DNA of 63,945 nucleotides, the filler included, from Squatina squatina (lineage: Eukaryota): NCBI GenBank assembly GCA_031763465.1. It is 4 parts of 4 records of this genome, joined end to end, with 100 filler letters (N's around TTAATTAATTAA, not from the genome) between each part and the next. Parts side by side here need not be neighbours in the genome. Positions count along the whole stretch, not along the records: positions 1 to 19,120 come from JARFOE010000222.1; positions 19,221 to 37,629 come from JARFOE010000013.1; 2 more parts are not named here. One strand, written 5' to 3'. This document shows, one piece after another, positions 13,741 to 25,363 of this stretch (the stretch's first letter is position 1; each line of letters begins with the position of its first letter). Made by a program: the position numbers and the translations under genes. The notes under the pieces were generated by a model. That model was not told where the DNA came from. It searched no databases and was given only the letters and a program-made list of their open reading frames with translations.

Positions 13741-14819
13741 CCCCAGAAACCCTCTATATACTGTTAGTGGTAAAAAGGATTTAAATCAATAATGTCAGAC
13801 AGAAAAAAATATATATTTTTGTCATCGGGATGTTTTAAAAGAGATAGCCTAGCTCGTTTTTTTCTTTAGAGGAACCACACAGTTGAATAAATCAATATTT
13901 TCAAAATTGTTATTTAAATATTGTGGCTTTCAATTTGTGCTGGTTGTTGCCGTTTTCAATTACCTTCCATAATACTATGGTAGTGAATGGAAGCAGCAGC
14001 AGCTGTTACACCATCACAGGAGTGATTGTGTGTGAAACAAGGAGAAATAGCTTGTGATAATTATTCTCAGCAACCATTACAATGTCCCATGTTAGCATTG
14101 CTCAAAGTGTCACAAGGAAACTCAGCAAGACTGAGAACTCAATGTCGAATCACAAACGTTGTACAATAACAATGATACAAAAGCCATTGTTCTAAAGGAA
14201 GGAAAAACAAAAAGCTGAACAGTCTAATGCAGCATGCTTGAACCACATACTTCCTGTGTCGAGTGTGGCAAAAAACCATCCACTGTCTTGCAGCAAACCA
14301 TTACAGTTGGTCTAAGTTGCTATACTGCATTTTCGAAAGAAAGTGTGTGCCTCAGTAATACCATGTGTGTTAATAGGCTTAGTTTTTAGGTAACTTAATA
14401 GATCTGACAAATGCTTTTATTGATAATAAATTCAAACTCCAATTTAGTATATTGAATTAAGTAGAACTGCCCAGTTTATATTACTAACTCTAATTAAAAT
14501 GTTTCTATTTTTATATTGTGCTGCCTTTCAAATTGATCCAAAGAGGAAATCTCCCCAGGGATGGGTTTACTTGATCCTGAGACTATTGTGCAGCACTGTA
14601 TAATGACAGTTGGAGGCAACATTTCGGTAGACCACCAGATTGTGCTAACTTATTTAACAGCACAAATGAGATATTGCTGTAAGATTAACTCTGATAAAGT
14701 CAAAAAATGTTTAAGATCAACATTTTCCTTCTGTAATTTTAGTTAATGGTAATTTGAAAACAATTGTCAAACCCAGTTAATCAGTGCCTTGGAGTTTTGT
14801 GGGTGAAAACCCGGATCTA

Positions 14820-15090
14820 CAATAACAAGCATTTGCATTTATATAGCACCATTAACATAGAAAAACATCCCGAAGCATTTCACAGGAAAGGGAAAGAAGG
14901 GAACAGCAAGCTTTTACAGGAGGTAACTGAAAGCTTGGTTGAAGCGATGGGTTTTGAGGAAGCTTTTGAAGCAGAGAGGCAGAGGAATTTAGAAATGAAG
15001 TTCAAAAAAGGCATGAGACAATTGAAATGGGGCAGAGGGAAGGGGGTATGCACAGGAAGCCAGAGTCAGAGGACTGGAGAGCATGCGGTC
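14820..15090 (-). mobile_element. L2 3' end remnant
   Basis: ttgcatttatatagcacc...taacatagaaaaacatcc is the reverse complement of the L2 tail. Confidence 0.55.
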
Positions 15091-15108
15091 TGAAGAAGGT
15101 TGTCAAAA

Positions 15109-15570
15109 GTCATTGGCTGTAGCTCAGTCTTAGCATTCTTGCTTCTGAATCGGAAGGTTGTGGGTTCACGTTCCACATCCAGAGACTTTAAGCTCAAAAT
15201 CTAGGCTGGCACTCCAGTGTAGTACCGAGAGACTACTGCGTCATGAGAGGTGCCATCTTTTGGATGAGAGGTTAAATCGAGGCCCGCATGCCCTCTCAGG
15301 TGGATGTAAAAGATTGATGGCACTATTTCAAAGAAGAGCAGATGAGTTCTCACTGGTTTCCTGGCTGATATTTATCCCTTAACAAGCATCACTAAAAAAT
15401 ACAGATTATCTGGTCATTATCACATTGCTGTTTGTGGGAGGTTGTGTTTACAAATTGGCTGTCGCGTTTCCTATGTTGAAACAGTGACTACACTTCAAAA
15501 GTACTTCACTGGCTGTAAAGCAGTTTGGGACATCCTGAGGTCAAGAAAGATGCTATATAAATGCAAATAT
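15109..15570 (+). mobile_element. Deu-domain SINE (SacSINE1/AmnSINE-like), near full length
   Basis: tRNA-like head (agctcag...gggttca), Deu core (ggtgccatcttttggatgagaggttaaatcgagg...atggcactattt) and L2-like tail gctatataaatgcaa. Confidence 0.85.
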
Positions 15571-15654
15571 GTTTTTTCTTCTTTGCTTCCTGTTACATTT
15601 CACAGACTATAAACAGTTGCAGAAGTGGCAGAGATAGTGGAGCAGGCTCAGGGG

Positions 15655-16520
15655 AGAATGAATATAGCAAAGTTTGAAGTGGTTCATTTTGGTAGAAGGG
15701 ATAAGGTGACCACTATTCCTTGGAAAATAAGAAACTAAATGGGGTCAAGGAGCAAAAAGATTTGGGAATACAGCTACATAAATCACTAAAAGTAGCATCA
15801 CAAGTTGATACAGCCATAAATAGTGCAAACGAAGTACATTTCTAAAGGAATATAATAAAGAAGCAAAGAGGTAATGTTAAATTTATATCGAATCTTAGTT
15901 AAACCACACTTGGCATACTGTACGCAGATCCGGTCTCTATATGAAAAAAAACATATCGAAGCACTGGAGAAAGCGCAGAAAAGATTTACAAGGATTACCA
16001 GACTTGCACGCTGGAGCTCTTTTCTCTGGAAAACAGAGGACTAAAAGGAAACCTGTTGGAGGTGTTTGATAGGGTGAATGTAGAGAAACTGTTTTCACTC
16101 GAGTGAGTCCAGAACAAAGGGGCATAAATCATAGAATCGTTACAGCACAGTAGGATGCCATTCGGCCTGTCAAGCCCTTGCCAACTCTCTGCAAGAGCAC
16201 TTCAGCTAGTTCCAGTCCCCTGCCCTTTCCCTGTGAAATATGAGATAGCCATTGACAGATCAAATAAAGTATCTAGGAGGAATCTCTTGGTGAGATATTC
16301 GAATTCACTGCCACATGAATTTGTTGAAGCAGATACCATTGACGCATTTAAGGGGAGGCTTGATGCATACAGGAGGGAGATGGGAATAGAGGAATACTGG
16401 GATGGGCATGGTGGTAAGAGGTAATTAGAGTGGGATGAGGCTCATTGGAGTATTAACACCAGCATAGACATGTTGGGCTGAATGGCACATTTCTATGCTG
16501 TAGATTCTATGTAATTCTAT
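15655..16520 (+). mobile_element. CR1-type LINE, degenerate 3' fragment
   Basis: KFEVVHFGR...LYRILVKPHLAYCTQIRS-like RT C-terminus; tail attctatgtaattctatg. Confidence 0.7.
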
Positions 16521-17145
16521 GCAAAGATTATCTTATATTAAAATAATTAAGCCCCATCACAGAAAATCAACAGCAAATGTGGCCGAAGCAGTTGCAAGGC
16601 CATCTCAGGAATCAGCACTAGGATGCACAGACTGACTTCAATCCCAAGTGCACCATACTGAGATCCAGTAGCCAGCCAGCACACTTAGTCCTTCCACTGG
16701 GGGGTCACTTAAAAGAAGTCACTCAAAAATAAAGGGCCTGAAATTGATGGGTCTTGTGCGCCTGGTTTGTGTNNNNNNNNNNNNNNNNNNNNNNNNNNNN
16801 NNNNNNNNNNNNNNNNNNNNNNNNNNNNNNNNNNNNNNNNNNNNNNNNNNNNNNNNNNNNNNNNNNNNNNNNCGTCTCTGGTTACCTATTCTTCCCTTTA
16901 ATCCCTTCCCTCGACTTTTCACAGGTGGAAGTTACCCTCATCATTTAGAGTGTTGACAGCAGTAGAACAGTCCTGTCTCACAGTGACTAAATATAGCTGG
17001 TGCTGGAGGCGCAGGGGTTGGTCTCTGCCCTGACAGATTTAAAAATCTTTGTACACTGCTACTTTCACAGCTCTGCTGGGAATGTGTTGGTTGCTCACTA
17101 ATTGTACAGAATGATGCAAGTCACACATCTTCAGAACCTGCTCAC

Positions 17146-17237
17146 CTGCGTACATTTCAGCAATGCGTCAACCTCCAAGGAACATGTGAGGTTCACTTGG
17201 ACATTTTGAAGTAAATATCTGTTCATCTTTTCACTAA
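17146..17237 (-). other. Candidate internal exon of an unidentified gene
   Basis: Pyrimidine-rich acceptor ...ttttattgaacag, one open frame SEKMNRYLLQNVQVNLTCSLEVDALLKCTQ, donor cag|gtgagc; no homologue recognised. Confidence 0.25.
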
Positions 17238-17342
17238 CTGTTCAATAAAAAGATAGAACAACAATTTTCAACAAGATTAGAAAGGCTAAGAGAGAGGTTA
17301 CAAATTTCAGGTCTGCACTAGATATTCTCTAACGTTCAGCAT

Positions 17343-17505
17343 CAATGTTCCCGCTACGCTGCGTGGCCTCGCAGCGGTCTGAAAGTACTGCGCATGCCAC
17401 TCACCGGCTTTTAAATGGGAGAAATTGCACGTGCAGGAAATTTGAATAGGCCATGCAGCCTCTTAAAGGGACTGTACACCCAAAAAAGCATCAGAGGGAA
17501 CATTG
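17343..17505. mobile_element. hAT-superfamily MITE (163 bp)
   Basis: TIRs caatgttccc...gggaacattg with a perfect 8-bp TSD ttcagcat (17335-17342 and 17506-17513). Confidence 0.85.
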
Positions 17506-18895
17506 TTCAGCATCATTGGTCTCTCCTGAAAGCAGACCCCCATGATCAGGAGTTTACCTTCATTGCCCAATATCTAGTCATACAATAAAATCCCTCGTGG
17601 GTAAACTGTGGATACTGTAGTTCTGCGCGTGGCTGCATGTGTGTTTCTCCTAGCTTCTGGAAAGCAAACTGATAAGCACTCTAGTGCGATAAGGCCAATT
17701 GTAACCAACAAACTGATTTATTTTATATGAATATATGAAGGAATAGATAATAGTTTACAGTGAATGTCCATTTATTTTACAATGCTCCTTCTGTTAACAG
17801 GCTAAATTCACTTGACAGACACTCAGCCCCTGAAATTANNNNNNNNNNNNNNNNNNNNNNNNNNNNNNNNNNNNNNNNNNNNNNNNNNNNNNNNNNNNNN
17901 NNNNNNNNNNNNNNNNNNNNNNNNNNNNNNNNNNNNNNCGAATTTTACAAAATGGAAAATGACAGCTGTAAAAATCCTGACACACCAGCAACTGATGGAA
18001 TCAGCCATAAATGTCATAATCTGGGTTTTGTTGAATGCTATTTGCTCTCTCATGGTAAGAGTTTAAGACTGGGACTGGAATATTTTGCACTTGTTGGCTG
18101 TCATTGTCCAAGTCAAGCACTCACAGGTCAGATCGAGAGTAATGCTCCATATCCTTTATTCTAACAAAGAATCATAACCTGAACTTGGAACAACAGCCGC
18201 TAGGATAGTGATACTGACAATTTAACCTGGGGTTAAACCTCGTCTTCAGCTGTGGCCATTGGCAGTTTTCCTGTGTCATGTATCTTAGGGATTCCATTCA
18301 TACTGTGCCAGCTTTAGAATATTGACAAAGTTATTCCCTCTCCTCTAGCTCTTCAGCGAGGGAAAGTAAGGGAATTTTATAAGGAGGCACATCTATTTCA
18401 GCATGAAATGGCTCTATTAAATTTGAGAGACCAGCAGTTTTAAGGAATTTATATTAAATTGGAGGCTGCCCAGTTGGGGAATTTGTAGAGACATGCAAAT
18501 GATCACTGTCTCTATAGCCTCATGAAATTACACTGTTGATTTGTGCTCAATAATGGTAATATTTGTATTATTGATGTGCACCCAACAGGAACTGCCCAAA
18601 CCCGTTTTGCATAGAACCCTCACAGTCACCAGAGACAAGATAGTTTCACCTCTTCATTCTGGGTTGAGTTTGAGATCAAGTTTCAGAGGAGAAATGAATA
18701 AACCCACTGGGGTAGTAAAAGGTTATGGCCCAATGGCACACAGACAACAGGTGCCCGAAGCGCACCCAAAATTGGTTTCATTTCAATAAACGGAGTGACT
18801 CCTGCCAACGATCCGGAAGCTGCGCAGAAGCGTACTGCGCACTCCAACAACCGGAAGCATGATTTTTCTGCTTTTTTAAAAACGATCACATGAAT

Positions 18896-19095
18896 CAGCC
18901 TGCTCCCTTCCTGGCTTTTTCACCATCCCGCTCCCTTCCTGGATTTTTCACCAGCCCGATCCCTTCCCAGCTTTCTGACCAGCCCGCTCCATTCCTGGTA
19001 TTCTGAAATTATCCCATCTTTCTCAACAACCCATCTCCCTACATGACTTTAAAAAAATTTCCCAGCTTTTTCACCAGCCTGCTCCCTTCCCGGCT
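18896..19095. repeat. 28-bp minisatellite, about 4 good copies plus degenerate ones
   Basis: Unit cagccYgctcccttcctggctttttcac starting at 18896, 18924, 18952 and 18980. Confidence 0.75.
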
Positions 19096-19120
19096 TAAAA
19101 AATTGTAATTTTTTTTTTTA

Positions 19121-19220
19121 NNNNNNNNNNNNNNNNNNNNNNNNNNNNNNNNNNNNNNNNNNNNTTAATTAATTAANNNNNNNNNNNNNNNNNNNNNNNN
19201 NNNNNNNNNNNNNNNNNNNN
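19121..19220. other. Synthetic scaffold linker N44-TTAATTAATTAA-N44
   Basis: Palindromic 12-mer with stops in all six frames, centred in a 100-base gap; separates the WNK1 and ASAP1 scaffolds. Confidence 0.95.
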
Positions 19221-19263
19221 GCCAAAGTTGAACATTCCAAAACTATTGCTCTTAGACACTTAC

Positions 19264-19386
19264 CCACCACTCCTGGTCCTCTTCACCTGTCACAACAATC
19301 ACCTCTCCCTCAATAAAGGTAAGTTCATCATCATTGTCCGCTTGGCAATCGTATATGGTTTTTACTCGGCGGATCTTGTTCTTTGC
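19264..19386 (-). CDS. ASAP1: ASAP1 exon, SH3 domain
   Basis: 123 bp; AKNKIRRVKTIYDCQADNDDELTFIEGEVIVVTGEEDQEWW; AG/GT bounded. Confidence 0.93.
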
Positions 19387-20556
19387 CTTTGAAGAGAAGC
19401 CATAAAGACTGCATATTAAGAGTGCATTTCTGTCATAGTCAACAATACAGCATTATATATGTTGCAAATATTTTAAAGGTTTTGCAGCTAACCCTAATTA
19501 GATGTCTTGAGACAATAATAGTCCATAAAATGTACTAGAAAGCCTTCCACTTCTGAAGGAAGTTCAATCATCTTTACATCCTCTGCCAAACGTCGCCTTG
19601 GCTCTGAATAGTAACATCTGCTGCAGAGTGAGTCAGCCCNNNNNNNNNNCAACTTTGCAATACAGTGTGTTACCAACATTTTCTATTTAAAACTTCCATA
19701 TTGAAGATAAAATTAATAGAACTACAACAGTGTAACTTGTGTGTTGGCAAGCAGATCATATTTGAATGTAATTTTATGATCTATAAAACAGTGAATTTTT
19801 ATTTGTAACACAGTGGAATTCATTTGTAGGGATCCTGCAGCTTGAAGTATGAAATCTTGTTTGCCAAAGCCCATTTAAATCAAACCACAGTAAGTTGGTT
19901 GCACTGAGTGGTTTGTGATGGACTTTCCAAAAGGGGAANNNNNNNNNNNNNNNNNNNNNNNNNNNNNNNNNNNNNNNNNNNNNNNNNNNNNNNNNNNNNN
20001 NNNNNNNNNNNNNNNNNNNNNNNNNNNNNNNNNNNNNNGAGTACTGTGTCTGAGTATCACATTAATCTAAATGGTTTATCAGAAATATCAGCCAATAATC
20101 TCAACAATGTCATGGTTTTTAAAAAAAAAGTAGCAAGTGAAATTCCTCCTCTTGATAACTTTAGCAAAAAAAGTGTAATATTTTGCATTTTCTACTCATC
20201 TGACCATGAAATTCCACCTGCCTAACCTATTTAGTGAAAACCAGCCAGAGACTATAAACGAGGTGGCCAGGGGAACAATGGGGGGGGAAAAAGAGTGTAG
20301 TCCAGTATGAGAACGTACATACAACCATTTGGCCAAATTAGCAATGCAAGGGTGTCAATTTCTTAAAGTGTCAATGTACCGAGATGATTTTGTTTCCCCT
20401 GCACTAATGACAGCAAATTCTATTTATACGTGGCGGTTCAATGAATCACATTTTGCAGTTTCCCCCTTTAACATAATTTCTATTTTTGACAAATAATACG
20501 ATTTTCGGTTTCCTACAGTAACTTTACTTAACTAACTTAATATAAGAAACACTCAC

Positions 20557-20733
20557 CCCAAGGAATCAGACCTTTATTCTGGGGACCATGAGGTAGCGGG
20601 CTTGGTGGATCAGATAAGGTTCGTTTGTGTCCAGGGGGTGGGGGCGGTGGCCTCTTCTTTGATAGAGTGGAGCTGCCAGTTGTGACCTGGGGACCTACAG
20701 GAAGGACTGAAGGAGGGACTGGGCCATGTGGAG
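20557..20733 (-). CDS. ASAP1: ASAP1 exon, proline-rich region
   Basis: SSTLSKKRPPPPPPGHKRTLSDPPSPLPHGPQNKGLIPWG; acceptor cttctccag (alternative in-frame start at 20694); donor gtgagt. Confidence 0.9.
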
Positions 20734-21136
20734 CTGGAGAAGCACAAAAACATAGCTGACTACTGCACGATATGTTAAGAGCAGTTATGAAAAGCAAGCA
20801 ATAACGGTGCAATGGAGGATCAAAAGCAAATGTAAAATAATCAATTTCTTCCTGTCCACCACTGACTAAAACCGATGAACAGAAAGTGAATTTTCGCTTC
20901 AAAATTGTAATCGTCATCATATAATTGTATATTCAAAGCTCATACCTACCATTCCAAATATTACTTGCACAAGATTTGTTTCAAAATTTGTACTATTTAG
21001 GATTCAAAACAAAAGGAAAATTCACACCATGACAAATCTCTCTTGGAGAATATAATAGTAATGATGGGCTGCATCTCGAAGCCGAGTTCCCAAATGTAAT
21101 GATGTTACATTTTTTCCTGTCTTTTACTAAGTGTCA

Positions 21137-21259
21137 GCTTGGCTCAGCGGTACCTCTTGCACCTCTAAGTCAGAAAGTTGTAGGTTCAAGCCCCACTGCA
21201 GGACTTGAGCATATAAGCTTGGTTGTCATTCAGTGCAGTACTGAGATAAAGTTGCATTG
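21137..21259 (+). mobile_element. Deu-SINE 5' part, truncated by a gap
   Basis: ggctcagcggt...ggttcaagccccact...cagtgcagtactgag matches the 15109 copy. Confidence 0.7.
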
Positions 21260-21795
21260 NNNNNNNNNNNNNNNNNNNNNNNNNNNNNNNNNNNNNNNNN
21301 NNNNNNNNNNNNNNNNNNNNNNNNNNNNNNNNNNNNNNNNNNNNNNNNNNNNNNNNNNNTGAATGACTTATGATTTTTTTTTGATGTTCATGAATCCATT
21401 TTTGGAGGGGTAGGAATGATCAAAGCAATGCTAAACATAGACAAATGCTCAGTTAGTATTTCCTACTTGCATTCCACCATACGTTACTTGCATCTACATT
21501 TTTGCAAAAAATAGAATGCAGGAATTTCGGCTCCAATGAGTCACTGACAAATTCATTACATTCTTGTGTTAAACAGTAAGGGAGAGAATAATAAATTTTA
21601 CCATAGAATAAGAGATATGGCAGAGCCAATGTTCCTGTTAATGGCAGAAATGGCTCTGTAAGAAAAGTAGACATTGGCTCAACTGGAATAATCTAATCTA
21701 ACGCCAAGTTGCAATTAGCAGTTAAATATGCAACTGCAAGTCATAATTAAATGCACCAACATGTTAGAAAATGTATTTCTAATTTAGTCACCAAC

Positions 21796-22021
21796 CTTTG
21801 CTTGGATTCCTAGGAGGAAGAGGAGGGGCATCAGTGGCCAGTGACATTGGGGAATCTGTGCCACTTCCATATATTTGATTACTAAATGCCCCATATGAAA
21901 GTCGCTGCTTTTCTCGTGCTATGCCAAGCCCTGGAATCATAAGCTTATCTTGTGGGGAGAGACTGGAAGAGTGGCAAAAGCTTTGTGGCCTTGGAGAACG
22001 CTCTTTCTTTATAGGGCTGGT
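21796..22021 (-). CDS. ASAP1: ASAP1 exon, after the ankyrin repeats
   Basis: 226 bp; TSPIKKERSPRPQSFCHSSSLSPQDKL...QRLSYGAFSNQIY...APPLPPRNPSK. Confidence 0.93.
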
Positions 22022-22136
22022 CTGATGAAAAGGAAAAGAGAACAAGAGTTAAATGTATCACAACTCCAAATCTAAGATTAATAATTCATCTCAGTCAAAA
22101 TGACAACACTCATAGCCAGGGGTGAAAGATTTCTGT

Positions 22137-22641
22137 GGGCCTGAAATTGCAATCAGAGGCTCCCTGCGGGCGGGTGCCTCTGATTGCAATTTCCCTTATG
22201 TACTTATCTAAGGGTCCTGGATCCATGGGAGTTTGCGATATTCAGCCCCTCCGCCCCAAGTTGCAGATTCGGAGCGGGGCTGTCTAGGTTCCCGGGCAAG
22301 TCAAACTGAAGAGGCTGGAGAGGTCATATGGGAGGCCCCAGCCAATCAGGTAGGTGTATGTTTTATTGAAGTTTTGACAGTTCTCAGCAATCTGTCAAGA
22401 ACTGTCAAAACTTCAATAAAAGATGGAAAAACAACACAAACACATCACAAAACATTTTAAAAACTATTTTAACATTAACATTTATAAAAAGGAGATAAAG
22501 AACACATTTTTTTTTAAATTTAAAAAACAATCTTTTAAAATGTTTAAAAACATACTTACCTTAGTGGGAATGGTTTTAAAGTAATGTCCCATTAATTTTT
22601 TTGAATTACATTTTTTTAACATTTCTTACGATGGTAAAACC
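22137..22641 (+). mobile_element. Non-autonomous repeat with internal hairpins, probably a DNA-transposon derivative; copy 1
   Basis: Starts gggcctgaaattg; homologous in reverse orientation to 38448-38779; perfect 18-bp and 24-bp inverted repeats. Confidence 0.7.
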
Positions 22642-23232
22642 NNNNNNNNNNNNNNNNNNNNNNNNNNNNNNNNNNNNNNNNNNNNNNNNNNNNNNNNNNN
22701 NNNNNNNNNNNNNNNNNNNNNNNNNNNNNNNNNNNNNNNNNTAATCTCTAACAAATAAAAGTTAATATGAATTATAAAAAAAAAACAGCCAGGAAGAGTT
22801 GAAGGAATTATTAATACAGTATTTGATTTAAGGAAATAGAAACTCTATACTTTTATTTCATATTTATGCAGTCCAAATCTTTTTTTTTGCTGCTCTCTAT
22901 TCATCTGGAAAACAAATCATTATTTTTTCCTAAGTCAACTCACTGATCTAGACATTTCCAATAAAACAGCTGAGGCTGAACAAACACATTGTTGGCAGGT
23001 CTGTGTATTGTCTATTGGAGTGACGTGAGGTGTCATAGATGCTATTTTGTTAGGCTGAGGTTGGTGATACTAGGGTATGACCTTTGCTTTTTCTTACATT
23101 ATGAGATAATCATAAAATGGATGCACTATATCGTAATGCTAGAACAACATGCAGTGACTAAGATGGCCAATAAGAGTTAAGATATTGGAAATTAATGGAA
23201 AACACTGAATTTACTATTGACTAATTTCCTAC

Positions 23233-23318
23233 CTGTGCTGAACAAGAAAGTCAACGAGGTGGAGTGAGGTCCGGTCAGCAGTTCGCACTGCTAGGGGAAG
23301 CACCGTCTCCCCTGGCTC
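23233..23318 (-). CDS. ASAP1: ASAP1 exon, ankyrin repeat
   Basis: 86 bp; EPGETVLPLAVRTADRTSLHLVDFLVQH; AG/GT bounded. Confidence 0.9.
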
Positions 23319-24282
23319 CTGTTTGTTAAATAAAAATCTACATTAACATTGTGCACTTTGAAATACTAANNNNNNNNNNNNNNNNNNNNNNNNNNNNNNN
23401 NNNNNNNNNNNNNNNNNNNNNNNNNNNNNNNNNNNNNNNNNNNNNNNNNNNNNNNNNNNNNNNNNNNNNAATTTCATCTGCTCATTAGTCTGGAAAAGAA
23501 CCAACATTAGGTCACTCTTTTCAAACAAACAGTAGGTTTCTGCAATCACAGCAGAAACTTTCAATATGCCTGAATGACGAGAAGTTGCTGCTAAACATTT
23601 TTAAACTACTGGACTCAGCAACATTACACTATACTCTGCTAAGCTGGATGTCTGACTCATGCCTTTTAATGTTACTACTCTTTCTGGCACAGGACATTTC
23701 CCAGGGTAAAGCACCACCAATGTAATCTGACACATTATCTTCTCTACTTGATGACAGTGTGGAGGTTTTTGAAAAACCTGAATTTAAAAAAGGGCCCATG
23801 ATGTTTTTGGCTTCTTGGGACTTCAAACGGCTTGAAATATCAATCCATGGCTTTCTGACCGTCAGACAGGTGATACATTCCTATGTAGTATTAAAAACAA
23901 ACTGTGCTAATGGCTATCCACAGTGAAGCTTGCTATTAAACCCATGTCATGATGTACATTTCTGGCTACTAAAGGTTATGACACAACAGGTCATTTTATA
24001 TTGCGATGGTAATAATTTTAATCAGAGTTCATTTTTGGAGTTACATTGTTAATGCTATAATACTCAAGATTTCAGTACAGACTAAATTCACAATCACCTT
24101 ATTTTAACAACCCTCAAATAATTCCAACTTAAAAGATTTTTTGTTTTTATTTGCGATTAGTGCGGTAGAAATCTGTCTTGGGCAGTTCCCAAAAATGGTC
24201 AGTATCGTATCAGCCACGTGTTATATGCCCCGTCCAATAAAACGGAATATTGGACACAATTAACACTTCATATTTTTTGCTA

Positions 24283-24534
<252 letters not shown>

Positions 24535-24845
24535 TCAGAGAATTTGTGGAAATTCTTAGAAATGTGTTACGAAATCATGCACACATTATATTGTTACCGC
24601 TTATTAAAAATATTAAAGTCTCAAATTCACTACTGGTGGTAATGTATTTTTGCGCTCTTCCTCTCTTAGATTTCCCTCATCATACACCATGCATTGAACT
24701 CTGCTATCGCTACTGTTTCGTTGTTGAGAGCTGGCAGCACAGTCAACCTGAGCAACTCACCCGGATTTGTCCTCTTTCTCTCTTGGGGAGAGGGGTATGA
24801 GAGGCACATTTAGTATACGTGAGTGAATTTTGAATGACTCCACAC

Positions 24846-24982
24846 CAATGTACCCTGTAATTTATTTTTCAGGCCTGCACGACCCATTCAAAATACCGTG
24901 CGTGTGCAGTTTTTCTATTAAAAAGTCAGCAAGCCGCTTGCGCAGTAGCCCTGCACGGCCACATAGCTTACAGGGAACATTG
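24846..24982. mobile_element. hAT-superfamily MITE (137 bp)
   Basis: TIRs caatgtaccctgtaa...ttacagggaacattg with a perfect 8-bp TSD ctccacac (24838-24845 and 24983-24990). Confidence 0.85.
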
Positions 24983-25363
24983 CTCCACACCCCACACAGN
25001 NNNNNNNNNNNNNNNNNNNNNNNNNNNNNNNNNNNNNNNNNNNNNNNNNNNNNNNNNNNNNNNNNNNNNNNNNNNNNNNNNNNNNNNNNNNNNNNNNNNT
25101 TTGTTTTCTGCACTAAACAGCCAGCTACAAAGACCAATCCATTACAAAGTTACTGCAGGCCAGCACTTAACTGTTTTGGATTGGAATATAGCTGAAATCA
25201 AACAATACTGAACAGCCTTTTTGAGAAAGGCTTGACTTGTATCGCTGTGATCAGGTCTTTAACTGGTAACACTTCAGCATTTGGCCAGAAAATTACAAAA
25301 ATGCTCTAACACATCAGTTAAAATAACATTTCTGAGCTGAAAAATAAACAAAGCGACAAAGAC

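Noticed and set aside
15109-15185. tRNA gene suggested by A/B-box-like motifs
   Set aside because: It is a SINE head continuous with the Deu core and has no cloverleaf
19165-19176. TTAATTAATTAA as a regulatory palindrome, homeodomain site or piggyBac target
   Set aside because: It is always centred in N44 flanks, so it is a synthetic linker
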